Of a stretch of 53,015 bases of DNA, positions 42,867 through 52,764 are shown one piece after another. The notes below the pieces were generated by a model. The model saw only the letters and a list, made by a program, of their open reading frames with translations. It ran no database searches and was not told the origin of the DNA. The position numbers and the translations under genes are program-made. The first letter of the stretch is position 1. Each line of letters opens with the position of its first letter. The DNA is from a virus (taxonomy: Duplodnaviria > Heunggongvirae > Uroviricota > Caudoviricetes): the IMG/VR virus record IMGVR_UViG_3300029305_011445. One strand, given 5' to 3'.

Positions 42867-44354
42867 ATGAGCTCTATTAAGTATTCAAAAAGCTTTATAA
42901 ATAAAATCACAGCAACATTGGATTCAGATTTGATTGAATTCTATAATAATAAACAGCTAAAGTTAAAGCCGTTTAATGAGCCGTTAGAAACAGTTGTTGA
43001 ACGTGTTTTTATTGAAGAACTAGATAATACTGCAGATCGTGCAGAACTTCGCAAAATCGTATCTGCTAAGAAACGAAATTTATCAAGAAAAAAAGCCCGG
43101 TGCTATAAATCTTGTGCTGCAATGGTTGATACGGAAGAGTGGAAAAATGAAAGCGAATGTTATTTTTACCGTGACGCTCTTACAGTATTTCAAATGACAG
43201 GCCAATTGGTAGCAAATGGTATTAAATATAAAAGTTTCCCAGAAATGGAACGTGAACAACTTGCACGTATCAAACAGTGGGCTGAAAGTGATGAAACCCG
43301 AATGATGGATTATCCGGGACAGGAGAAAAAGACACCAAAAACCATATTCTCAAATTTTATGCTTGATTTAACTTTAAACGTATTACAAATTATTGGAAAA
43401 GAATATGATTACGACATCACAAGTGCAACATATGCGGTTGTTGATGATTTGAGCAATCAGGCATTGTTCGCAAATACCAGAGAGGCAATTAAAAAGGAAG
43501 ACTTAAAAGATGGTAGTTTAGAGATTTATCGTAGTGAAGACGGGAAGCACAAAACAGTTTTAACATTTCCGCCGGATCTATTTGATAAAAAGGGCTATGT
43601 AACTTTATTTGATGATAAAGATATGAGGATACTATCGTATCTGATTCAAAAATGGGATGAGAATCGTAGTGTTGTTAGGCCATTACCAATTCGTGTCATA
43701 GATATTTGTCACTATCTTTCCGGCAATGCAAAGTCAAACCCAAGTTCATATCAATACAATGACATCTGGCATCGTATTTATAAAATGTATGCATTGGGTT
43801 TTGAATCTTATAACAACGAGAATGTTACAGGTGGTAAACGTTTGATTGCGGAATGTACTTATGATGATACGAATAAGATTATTTATTACGTTATTAGTGA
43901 ATTTTTATATGAAGAATTCACTAACAATAAGATTCGTAAGATGCCGGCAGAACAATTAAATCAATTAGAAGATAAAACAGCGCGTATTCTTTATTATCCA
44001 TTCATGAAACAGCGTGTATCAGCATACGAAACGGCAATAGAGAATAACATGACGGTTGATTGTTATCCAATGTATTTCCAATATGAGCATTTTCTTCGTT
44101 GGGTTAACTTTGGTAACGGAAATCAAAAAGATAACCACACTGCTATTATTGACGCCTTAGAAGATTTTAAAGAAAAAGGTATTTTTATTCGGACGTACAA
44201 GCATCTGCCACGTAAACGTATGTACTATGTCGAATTCTTTGTATTATCTGACATTGAAATCCAGGATCTTGATTTTTACTTCAACAAGAGCGATCAAGAA
44301 GACGCGGAAGAAGTAATTGAACAATTAAGCATTTTTACTCCATTATTAGATTAA
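42867..44354 (+). CDS. Putative plasmid-type replication initiator (Rep_3/RepA-like C-terminal half)
   Basis: DMRILSYLI...VIDICHYL...YNDIWHRIYKM...KTARILY pattern; adjacent to the repeat array. Confidence 0.55.
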   Translation: MSSIKYSKSFINKITATLDSDLIEFYNNKQLKLKPFNEPLETVVERVFIEELDNTADRAELRKIVSAKKRNLSRKKARCYKSCAAMVDTEEWKNESECYFYRDALTVFQMTGQLVANGIKYKSFPEMEREQLARIKQWAESDETRMMDYPGQEKKTPKTIFSNFMLDLTLNVLQIIGKEYDYDITSATYAVVDDLSNQALFANTREAIKKEDLKDGSLEIYRSEDGKHKTVLTFPPDLFDKKGYVTLFDDKDMRILSYLIQKWDENRSVVRPLPIRVIDICHYLSGNAKSNPSSYQYNDIWHRIYKMYALGFESYNNENVTGGKRLIAECTYDDTNKIIYYVISEFLYEEFTNNKIRKMPAEQLNQLEDKTARILYYPFMKQRVSAYETAIENNMTVDCYPMYFQYEHFLRWVNFGNGNQKDNHTAIIDALEDFKEKGIFIRTYKHLPRKRMYYVEFFVLSDIEIQDLDFYFNKSDQEDAEEVIEQLSIFTPLLD

Positions 44355-44359
44355 TAAAT

Positions 44360-44395
44360 AAAAAAGACGGATCAGAGATTCTGATCCGTCTTTGT
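44360..44395. terminator. Bidirectional terminator
   Basis: aaagacggatcaga-ga-ttctgatccgtcttt. Confidence 0.8.
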
Positions 44396-44421
44396 CTGTT
44401 ATAACAATTTTATCACAAGTT

Positions 44422-44481
44422 CTATAAGTGTAACTTTCGCATTGCAATTTCTTGCGTACGGCCTTGATTCCAGTACTGGCT
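44422..44481 (-). CDS. nrdD: Anaerobic (class III) ribonucleotide reductase, exon 3
   Basis: SQYWNQGRTQEIAMRKLHL* matches the conserved NrdD C-terminus; absent from the ORF track. Confidence 0.9.
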   Translation of the reverse strand, partial: SQYWNQGRTQEIAMRKLHL

Positions 44482-44834
44482 CGGTAGTTATTATCTGTTA
44501 GTTTTTTATCTAACACTCTGGAACTTTCGTTCATTTTCATCGATTGGTCAATTCCAATCCAGCCTAGCATAGCTTTTTACCAATATATGATAATCATATA
44601 TACTGAATGGTAAAGCAGTCTCGTGGAAGCATTATATTCTGCAACTAATTACAGGTTCAGCTTCTATGCGTTGCCCCTGACTATCTTTTTACAATAGCCT
44701 TCGGTTCGGATTAGGATAGCCACACCCTTCCCGTTTAATACTGCTTTAATTATTCTAAACAGATACTTCAGCAATCTGCTTAAAACGGCATTATAGAATA
44801 TTTGGCTAAAATATATCATATTCTATACTTATTT
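44482..44834 (-). ncRNA. Group I intron without ORF (353 nt), nrdD intron 2
   Basis: Exon ends GGT (U), intron ends G; removal gives in-frame RRTCGYIG|SQYW; GATTGCTGAA, GGGGCAACGCATAG and AAGCTATGCTAG core-like segments. Confidence 0.85.
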
Positions 44835-46493
44835 ACCAATATATCCGCACGTACGACGCGCAACACTCATCGTTTCCTGATGTCTATTGCCACAATTCGG
44901 GCACTCCCATACCAGTTTCTTATGTTCGTCTTCTACGATTTTGATTTCTCCATCGTAACCACATTCCATGCAGTAATCAGACTTTGTATTAAGTTCAGCA
45001 TACATAATATTATTATAAATATACTGAATTACCGAAATTACAGCAGGAATATTGTCCTGCATATTCGGAACTTCTACGTAACTGATTGCACCACCTGGTG
45101 ATAATGCCTGAAATTCTGATTCAAATTTCAGTTTTGTAAAAGCATCAATTTCTTCAAAAACTGGAACATGATAACTGTTTGTGATAAAGTTTCGATCTGT
45201 TACACCTTCAATCTTTCCAAAACGTTTCTGTAAACATTTTGCAAATTTGTATGTTGTTGATTCCAATGGTGTTCCGTATAAACTGTAGTCAATATTTTCT
45301 GCAGCTTTCCATTCTGCACACGCATCATTTAAACGCTGCATAACTTTCAATGCAAAAGGTTTACCGGTTTCATCTGTATGTGATACGCCTTTCATGTATT
45401 TCACACATTCGTATAAACCTGCAAATCCAAGTGAAATTGTTGAATATCCATCATACAGCAATTTATCAATGGTTTCGCCCTTCTCTAAGCGTGCTAATGC
45501 ACCATGCTGCCAAAGAATTGGCGCTACATCAGATTTTGTACCAAGTAATCTTTCGTGACGACGTCTTAATGCTCTATGGCATAATTCCAGACGTTCTTCT
45601 AAAATACGCCAGAATTCTGTCTCATCTTTATATGATGAACATGCTACGTCAACAAGATTAATTGTAACAACACCCTGATTAAATCTTCCGTAGTATTTGC
45701 TAGAGCCTTCAACATAATTCAATGCTTTCGCAAGATTTTCTGTTGTTCTGTCTACGGTTAAGAAAGAACGGCATCCCATACACGGATAACACTGACCGGC
45801 ACCAGTTTTATCAACTTTAAGCTGATTCATCATCTTTTCAGAAATATAATCTGGTACCATTCTCTTTGCGGTACAACGAGCTGCTAATTCTGTTAACCAG
45901 AAATATTCACTACCAGATTCAATATTGTCTTCTTCTAAAACGTACAACAACTTCGGGAATGCTGGTGTTACATATACACCCTTTTCATTCTTTGTTCCGA
46001 GGATTCTCTGGTGTAATACTTCTTCGATGATCATTGCTAAGTCGTCTCGCAACTGTCCTTCCGGTACCTCATTCAGATACATAAATACTGAAACAAATGG
46101 AGCTTGCCCGTTTGTTGTCATAAGGGTATTTACCTGATAATGGATTAACTGAACACCACTCTTAACTTCTTTCACAACACGCTTCTCGGCAATTTTGTTT
46201 ATCTTTTCATCTGTTGCATCAATGCCAGCTTCTGCAAGCTCTTCACGAACCTGTTTACGATATTTCTGTCGACTGATATCAACAAATGGTGCAAGATGAG
46301 ACAATGTAATTGTCTGACCGCCATATTGTGAACTAGCAATCTGCGCCACAGCCTGTGTCGCGATATTACATGCTGTCAAAAAACTCTTTGGCGGATCAAT
46401 CATGGTTCCGGAAATTACTGTTCCGTTCTGGAGCATGTCTTCAAGGTTAACTAAGCAGCAATTGTGCATATGCTGCGCGAAGTAATCTGCATC
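44835..46493 (-). CDS. nrdD: Anaerobic ribonucleotide reductase, exon 2
   Basis: DADYF..HNCCL, YGGQT, MGCRSFL, GRFNQGVVTINL, TPLEST, Zn site CMECG/CPNCG, RRTCGYIG. Confidence 0.97.
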
Positions 46494-47467
46494 CAACGCA
46501 TTTTTGTACAAAATGCGCCTGACTATATCATAATCTGTGATTCTGTTACCAAAACACAGATTCCAGGCACTTCCAAATAGAGAATTTCACTCTAAATGTA
46601 CTCTACTTACTTTACCATGTAACGTCTTTCTCGTTAACGGTCGCTTTCGATAGTCGATTGACCTTTTTCTTTTATATCTTTTACATGTATCCCATATTGT
46701 TCAAAATAATTATTTTTTTCACCCATTACTGCTTTTCTAATTAAAGCATCAGTATAAGACTGTGACAAATTTAACAATAATGATAAATCTGATCTGGAAT
46801 AATTGTTTCCGTTTTTATCATAGATATCATATCTGAATCGTCCATTATTTTTCCATTTTGATAAATTCAGCATTTTATTAATTTCTGAAAAATGTTTTGC
46901 AGTTCTTTTTCGAAAATCTGGATTTTGCCATCGTTTGGAATTTGATTCAGAAATATTGTTAAGATTATTGATACGAGCATGGTAGTTATTGTAATAATGT
47001 GTACACCATTCAAGATTTGAATAGTGATTATTAAGTTTATTACCATCTTTATGATTTACGACTAATTCTTTGTAATTTGATGGAACATCTAAAAACAAAA
47101 AGGCAACTAGCCGATTCGCTCTAAATGCTTGCAACTTGTTATTAATTGATAGTCGATAAACCAAATATCCGTATTTTGTTACTTCGCCTTTTAAGAATTT
47201 ATTACTTTTTGTAGAAAATACTCTTCCATCTTCGTATGCTAAATATGAGAAGAATTCTTTGTAATGCAATGTATCAACCCCTTTCATGAAGGGATATATA
47301 TACGATATAAAAGAAACTTGGCACAGGATTGATAAATCTTTCCCTGTTAGCACATTACCAAACTGCCATTTCCTGCAGTTCCGTATTTACGTGTAATGTA
47401 CACCGTAGATTTCTACGTTCACCTGGTTTTTCACTGTATATCACTACACAGTGCCACAATGTTATTT
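46494..47467 (-). mobile_element. Group I intron (974 nt) with HNH homing endonuclease, nrdD intron 1
   Basis: Removal gives GLIHFH|DADYF; 5' exon U and terminal G; R-like GTCAATCGACTA and S-like ATGATATAGTC. Confidence 0.92.
46634..47269 (-). CDS. HNH homing endonuclease
   Basis: RANRLVAFLF, VVNHKDGNKLNNHYSNLEWCT; probable TTG start after AGGGG. Confidence 0.92.
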   Translation of the reverse strand: MHYKEFFSYLAYEDGRVFSTKSNKFLKGEVTKYGYLVYRLSINNKLQAFRANRLVAFLFLDVPSNYKELVVNHKDGNKLNNHYSNLEWCTHYYNNYHARINNLNNISESNSKRWQNPDFRKRTAKHFSEINKMLNLSKWKNNGRFRYDIYDKNGNNYSRSDLSLLLNLSQSYTDALIRKAVMGEKNNYFEQYGIHVKDIKEKGQSTIESDR

Positions 47468-47956
47468 ATGGAAATGGATAAGACCCTTTTCATGTGCATC
47501 AACGATATCCTGATCCAATAAGAATCGTTTCGTAATATCTTTGCTTACTTCACCAGCCATGTAATCACGCTGTGTACTGTTAATCACCGGGTTCTTGTTT
47601 GAATTTTCCTGTTTCACCTCTTCATTGTTACATTCAATTAAGCTCATAATCTGCTCATCTGTTGAGTTTGATTTACGAACTAAAGCTCTCTTGTAACGAT
47701 AAGTGATGTAAGCCTTTGCAAGTTCATATGCATTCTGAGCAACAATCTGTTTCTCAACCATATCCTGAACTTCCTCTACGCTTACAGCTCGCTCCAAACG
47801 AGTGATTGTTTTTTCAACATCTGCAACAATTTCTTTGATTGTTTCAGCCGAGAGCTGATCAGCTTTTGACACTTCGTTATTTGCTGCTTCGATTGCCTTT
47901 CTGATTTTTTCATTGTTGAACTCTACCTGAGTCCCATTTCTTTTGATGATATACAT
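47468..47956 (-). CDS. nrdD: Anaerobic ribonucleotide reductase, exon 1 (ATP cone)
   Basis: MYIIKRNG..VEF..EKI..AI ATP cone; ENSNKN, TQRDYMAGEVSK, IHFH. Confidence 0.95.
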
Positions 47957-48002
47957 TTTTAATGTACCTCCCTTTCTTTTTGTAATTATTTGATACAGAA
48001 AT

Positions 48003-48030
48003 AAATATGGTATGCGACAATAATTAAACA
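48003..48030 (-). promoter_or_regulatory. Class B promoter motif upstream of nrdD (one of about 20 copies)
   Basis: TTTGTTT-N-ATACCATATTTATT. Confidence 0.6.
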
Positions 48031-48072
48031 AAATAAAAGAGTCAGCATTTCTACTGACTCACATATAGCTAT

Positions 48073-48678
48073 TTATTTTATATTCACAATTACTCCTACT
48101 GCTTTCCGATTCTTATTTACTACAACAAATTTATCATAATCCATCTGTTCCAGTTCTTTAAGTGAAACATCCTGAGTTGTTAATAAGAAATCTGTATCAA
48201 ACATATCTTTGTATTTTAATACCTTTTCTGATAACTTCCCTCCTATTGCAATCATTTGTACCAATTTGCTGTGGTCAATAAATCCAATCGCTTCTCCCGT
48301 TTTTGTATTTGTAATTAATACTTGACCATTTTTCTTAGTGTACAAAAGTTTTGCGACAAACTCAATTGACTCAATATCACTGCATGTTCCGAATTTTGCA
48401 ACAGAAATCATTGCATCTTTTGCAATTCCATCTTCCAACTCGATACGTTTAATGAGTTTGTCAAGAAATTGTAATTCTCCTTCTGATACAGTAACAAACG
48501 CATCAAAATTATTTTCATGTTGGATATAATTACGTTGCAAACGAATCAGTTGCATCTTTTTCTGCTCTGATTCTTCCATAGTTTGCTCATATTCATAAAC
48601 TGATTGATTATAATGTTCTCGGATCAGTAATTCTAATGTTTTGTATTTTTCAATCAATTGTGTGTGAAGTTTACTCAT
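48073..48678 (-). CDS. HEPN plus CBS domain protein
   Basis: RLQRNYIQH (RxxxxH); C-terminal CBS-like segments (IGFID, VVVNKNRKAVGVI); start uncertain. Confidence 0.7.
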   Translation of the reverse strand: MSKLHTQLIEKYKTLELLIREHYNQSVYEYEQTMEESEQKKMQLIRLQRNYIQHENNFDAFVTVSEGELQFLDKLIKRIELEDGIAKDAMISVAKFGTCSDIESIEFVAKLLYTKKNGQVLITNTKTGEAIGFIDHSKLVQMIAIGGKLSEKVLKYKDMFDTDFLLTTQDVSLKELEQMDYDKFVVVNKNRKAVGVIVNIK

Positions 48679-48709
48679 ATAAATATGGTATGTAAACAAA
48701 AAGGACCAG

Positions 48710-49192
48710 TTAAACCTGATCCGATCTGTTCTTGATTATGATATCATCCGCATAAAACATAACAATCTGCGTTGATGTCCTATCATTTTCTTCTTTGCAA
48801 TTCATCATAATTAATGAATCATATCGCGGACTATGCGAGGGATTGAAGCCGCAGGCGCTAAATCCTGCATCTTGTACATAATCTGCAAGAACCCCTGCAG
48901 TCAATCCTTCCTGTTTAAAATATTCCAGTTCCGATTCATCACCTGCAGCGGCAAATTCGATGCATTTCTGTTGTAATTCTTCGTCATCTAAGAAAAATCC
49001 GCCCCAAGATTGCCCATGTAAATCAACAATTAATGGATTCTTCATATACAATTCACAATCATAGATCCGCTCAATATCGTTACCAAATGCTTTTGCAAAG
49101 AATTGCGCCGTTACAAAGTCATCAGTGAAATACGCAGGACAGTTAAATTTTTCGAACAAAAATGTTGTCCCATGATAAGCTCGTGTCATCAT
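48710..49192 (-). CDS. Stand-alone ADP-ribosyltransferase-like protein (ART-PolyVal-like)
   Basis: AYHGT..F..F..PAYFTDD...A..F, IYDCELYMKNPL, YDSLI, TQIVMF. Confidence 0.7.
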   Translation of the reverse strand: MMTRAYHGTTFLFEKFNCPAYFTDDFVTAQFFAKAFGNDIERIYDCELYMKNPLIVDLHGQSWGGFFLDDEELQQKCIEFAAAGDESELEYFKQEGLTAGVLADYVQDAGFSACGFNPSHSPRYDSLIMMNCKEENDRTSTQIVMFYADDIIIKNRSDQV

Positions 49193-49194
49193 AA

Positions 49195-49527
49195 TTACGC
49201 TACCTCGCTTTTACCCCAGGTTAAACGCTGCAAACAATTACTGCAACCAGTATGATCATGAAGCTGTTTTACAACCTGTCCGCATTCTGGACAATAACCC
49301 CATACCGGAATTCCCTGAATCTGTAATACTTTCATCGGAATCTGTTTCTTAAGAGCTTCGATAGCAGCATTATTTGCATCATAAATACTACGATTCAAAT
49401 CACTTAATGAATCAGGTGTATTAATTTCACCTGTACTTGCATCAAACAACATCAATTCCTGATCTGCCTGTAACGCTTTAATTGCTTCCTGTGGTGTCAT
49501 TGTTCCATTCTTTTCATTCTGTTTCAT
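49195..49527 (-). CDS. Phage Zn-ribbon hypothetical protein
   Basis: AIEALKKQIP...CPECG...CSNCLQRLTW. Confidence 0.8.
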   Translation of the reverse strand: MKQNEKNGTMTPQEAIKALQADQELMLFDASTGEINTPDSLSDLNRSIYDANNAAIEALKKQIPMKVLQIQGIPVWGYCPECGQVVKQLHDHTGCSNCLQRLTWGKSEVA

Positions 49528-49660
49528 GATTTTATTCTCCTTTCGTACTCGAAGCTAAAGCATCTCCGTCGCACGTCGCTTTGCTCCTTTCGTTGAAATA
49601 ATTTTATTTGAAACTTAAGTTTCGTTTACAATATTAAATATGGTATGCGAGGTTACATTC

Positions 49661-49840
49661 ATTAAATCAAGAACATACGAAGGTGAACCTTCGGTGTGTG
49701 ATTGATTAAAGACTATCAGAACTTAGGTTCTGATGGTCTAGTTCGCATAGCACACATCCTTAAGGATAGGATGATTTAACACCATTTGGTGTTAACCCGT
49801 TCAGACAATCTGAACGATTGTGCGAACGGTTGATCAACAT
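49661..49840. other. Dense multi-hairpin palindromic element
   Basis: Five near-perfect hairpins; GTTCGCA/TGCGAAC closes three of them. Confidence 0.65.
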
Positions 49841-49907
49841 ACAATGATATTGAAATTGGTGATGAAAAAACAAAAAGAACCGGGATTTATTCCGGTTCTT
49901 TCTTTGT

Positions 49908-50336
49908 TTACGCCACTTTTTGTTTCAATTGATAAATTTGTTGCTTAATTGATTCTTTTTCCTCATCTGTTAATTCAACAGATGTTGTATCCGCGGATCC
50001 ATCTGGATAACCAATTTCGATACAAAATCTCCACATTGGATCATCATCTAATGGTTCCGATACAACAAGTAATCGATATTCTTCATCAACTTCGCATTCA
50101 ATTCGTTTACAATATGTACCAGCAGCACAATATTCTTTAAACTCATTGTTTATAGTTTCTGATTTATCACATACTTCCGGATTATATCCGTTGCAATAGT
50201 CATTAATTTTATGACAATATAATGCAACGACTACAGGTCTAGGTGGTGTTATTGGATTACCCTCGCTATCGAATTCGCAGTAAGAATAATCGTCTTCGTA
50301 GATTGGTTCTCCACAACCACAATAATTTTCGTCCAT
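49908..50336 (-). CDS. Cys-rich acidic hypothetical protein
   Basis: 142 aa, GAGG RBS. Confidence 0.75.
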   Translation of the reverse strand: MDENYCGCGEPIYEDDYSYCEFDSEGNPITPPRPVVVALYCHKINDYCNGYNPEVCDKSETINNEFKEYCAAGTYCKRIECEVDEEYRLLVVSEPLDDDPMWRFCIEIGYPDGSADTTSVELTDEEKESIKQQIYQLKQKVA

Positions 50337-50339
50337 TTT

Positions 50340-51098
50340 TCATACCTCTTTCATCTTATTGTTGTATTGTCCAAGATCAGGCACGCAACATCTACAATGC
50401 TGCTTTACTTCTTCTGGCTGACGTTCATGTAAATATCGGCCCATTTTATCCATTCCATACTTGATACCACCACCATCTTTCTGTTTGCAGCGATTATCTT
50501 TGTTGAATGGGCAATCGGACCAAAGACATTTGTGCCCGGTTTTTGACAAATACTCTTCAATGGTTCCTGATTTATCTGCTTTGATTGGATTAATATCAAC
50601 AACGCGGCCATACAAATGTAACGGATTCTCATGTAAAATATTAAACACTGCATCCTCTCTCATTGTACCTTTGTATTCAATAAGAACATCGATATCAGAA
50701 GTTTCTGTTTCGGTTCCTGCTGCAAAGCTTCCATATAACTTAACACCAAGGAAACGGAATTCCTCTCTAGTAGCTTCAGAAAACATTCTATTTGTTACAA
50801 AATCACGTGTCTTCTCTTCAATCTTTGCTGCAATATGATAGCGACATTCTTTATTGTCACAATACATAAGTTCGACATCGTCATCCTCATCGCGCATACC
50901 AATGCCGTATAAATGCTCGCAACGATCACATGCGTCATTACAACCCTTGCCACACATTGTTATCAAATAATCATTTTTAACAGCAATTTCGTAACGCGTT
51001 CTGCTTTCCATAAAACATTTGTGTCGACGTTCTTGAATCTCCGGATTTGCACCACCAACATGGAAATTATCTCGCCACTGTTCATATTTTGTATACAT
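50340..51098 (-). CDS. Pol-beta/MNT-type nucleotidyltransferase with Cys-rich flanks
   Basis: LYGSFAAGTETETSDIDVLI ... VVDINP. Confidence 0.85.
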   Translation of the reverse strand: MYTKYEQWRDNFHVGGANPEIQERRHKCFMESRTRYEIAVKNDYLITMCGKGCNDACDRCEHLYGIGMRDEDDDVELMYCDNKECRYHIAAKIEEKTRDFVTNRMFSEATREEFRFLGVKLYGSFAAGTETETSDIDVLIEYKGTMREDAVFNILHENPLHLYGRVVDINPIKADKSGTIEEYLSKTGHKCLWSDCPFNKDNRCKQKDGGGIKYGMDKMGRYLHERQPEEVKQHCRCCVPDLGQYNNKMKEV

Positions 51099-51205
51099 AA
51101 ACATTTCTCCTTTCAATGTAAATATGTTTTTGCATATTAAATATGGCATATGTTTATTGCGAAACAAAAAAAACGCCCATCATTATGACAGACGTTTTGT
51201 GATTT

Positions 51206-51409
51206 TTACACAACTTTTTCAACAGCAAGGATTTCTGATGGGCTACAAAGATGCGTATAACCTGCTTCTGTTCTTGCGACATAACGAATTGATTCTCCAT
51301 TTGCCTCTTTAAATGCAGATTTTTCAGAAACCTTAATAATTGTCGCATGTTTTACTTTTACAAGTCCATTGTCAAATGAAATAATGTCTCCACATTTGAG
51401 CTGATCCAT
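51206..51409 (-). CDS. Small hypothetical protein (SH3-like)
   Basis: 67 aa, AAAGGAG RBS. Confidence 0.7.
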   Translation of the reverse strand: MDQLKCGDIISFDNGLVKVKHATIIKVSEKSAFKEANGESIRYVARTEAGYTHLCSPSEILAVEKVV

Positions 51410-51427
51410 AAATTATAGACTCCTTTC

Positions 51428-51919
51428 TTATGCGTATTCTAATGAAATTTTGCCACTTCTAACAAGCTCGTAATGCTCCTTTTTGGAACGAAGACTATGT
51501 TCCATATTATCGATTTCTTCACTCAATCGCTGTAACACTTTGTCTTCATTCTTTGTTGCACCAATACGAATAAACCATTTTGCAAATTTCCACCCACCAC
51601 TATCTACTGCAATACGCCAATAATCAGAATCATTGTAATCGTAGATATTGTCTCCAGAATGTCGTTCAACTTTGTTTCGGTCAAATACGAATTCAAACTC
51701 ATTGAAATTTTCATCTGTGAGTTCAATTGATTTGTCACCAAAATAAGTATCAACCATCCACCATGAATCTTCCTTTTCATTATGATACACTGTAAATGTC
51801 CAGTTAAAACAATGATACAACTGATTTTTAAAGATTTCTCCACGGTACTTTTCATCCGGTTCATGTTTGTACAATCCGGATAAACATAATTTTGCTACGT
51901 TTTCTTTTGATAATGCCAT
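51428..51919 (-). CDS. Hypothetical phage protein
   Basis: 163 aa, AAAAGGAG RBS. Confidence 0.8.
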   Translation of the reverse strand: MALSKENVAKLCLSGLYKHEPDEKYRGEIFKNQLYHCFNWTFTVYHNEKEDSWWMVDTYFGDKSIELTDENFNEFEFVFDRNKVERHSGDNIYDYNDSDYWRIAVDSGGWKFAKWFIRIGATKNEDKVLQRLSEEIDNMEHSLRSKKEHYELVRSGKISLEYA

Positions 51920-52019
51920 AATTGTTTCTCCTTTTCTTGTTTAAATATTAATTGAATCAAAATAAATATGGTTTGCAATACAAAAGAAAAGAGCCAGTAT
52001 AAACTGACTCAAATTCTTT

Positions 52020-52124
52020 TTACTTACCAGTAACAAGTTTTGCGAACCCTACTATACAAGCGGATATCCCTGTTACAAGGAATAGACCTAAAACGATAGT
52101 GGCTGTCCAAATTACTACTTCCAT
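52020..52124 (-). CDS. 34-aa single-TM peptide (MEVVIWTATIVLGLFLVTGISACIVGFAKLVTGK)
   Basis: AAGGAG RBS; below the ORF-track cutoff. Confidence 0.65.
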   Translation of the reverse strand: MEVVIWTATIVLGLFLVTGISACIVGFAKLVTGK

Positions 52125-52146
52125 TTTATTTACACTCCTTTACTTG

Positions 52147-52764
52147 TTATGCTTTTCCGGTACTACCAATACCACCACGATCAGCATTGCCAAGCACATC
52201 TACTTCTTCAAAAGTAATTTGTGGCTGGTGTTTCTGGATTCTAAACTGACAGATACGATCGTTTACATGAATCACAGTATCACGCATTGCATATGCCGGG
52301 AATTTCCAAACATCGTTGTCGCCACAATAAGTTTCATCAATAACACCCATGTGATTTGTCTGAATGATACCAAAGTTTTTGAATGTACTTGATCTCGGGA
52401 CTACTACTGCTTCGTAGCCGGCCGGGAGCTGCATACCGATTCCAAGACTAATAAGCTTGAATTCACCAGCTTTGAGTTCAACTTCTTCTGCTGCACGCAA
52501 ATCGATCCAATCACTCTTACCAGCAATGTATGTAAGCTTATCAATTGCGTCAGAATGATATTTGATACGGATTGTTTCGCCTGCCGGTTTTTCTGTTCCA
52601 GGAAGTTCCATATTCCAACATTTTTCACATTTTTCTTCATCACCGCCTTTGCAGTTCGGTAATTCGGGATAACCATATTCAGATGGACACCCATCTACAC
52701 CTCCTAAAAAGTTTGAATCAACATGATCTGGATATTCCATTGCTACTTTTTCTCTTAATGTCAT
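52147..52764 (-). CDS. dut: Trimeric dUTPase with a Cys-rich N-terminal extension
   Basis: [32 protein letters not shown]. Confidence 0.95.
   Translation of the reverse strand: MTLREKVAMEYPDHVDSNFLGGVDGCPSEYGYPELPNCKGGDEEKCEKCWNMELPGTEKPAGETIRIKYHSDAIDKLTYIAGKSDWIDLRAAEEVELKAGEFKLISLGIGMQLPAGYEAVVVPRSSTFKNFGIIQTNHMGVIDETYCGDNDVWKFPAYAMRDTVIHVNDRICQFRIQKHQPQITFEEVDVLGNADRGGIGSTGKA

Noticed and set aside
2884-44424. Genome-wide TAG recoding
   Set aside because: Long genes are intact in code 11, and nrdD (44422) and the XRE gene (4881) end in TAG at their expected C-termini
44346-44570. 74-aa ORF
   Set aside because: Spans intron 2 and is out of frame with the true nrdD exon 3
47269-47353. 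Upstream extension of the HNH ORF
   Set aside because: Falls in the intron core; the RBS supports a TTG start at 47269
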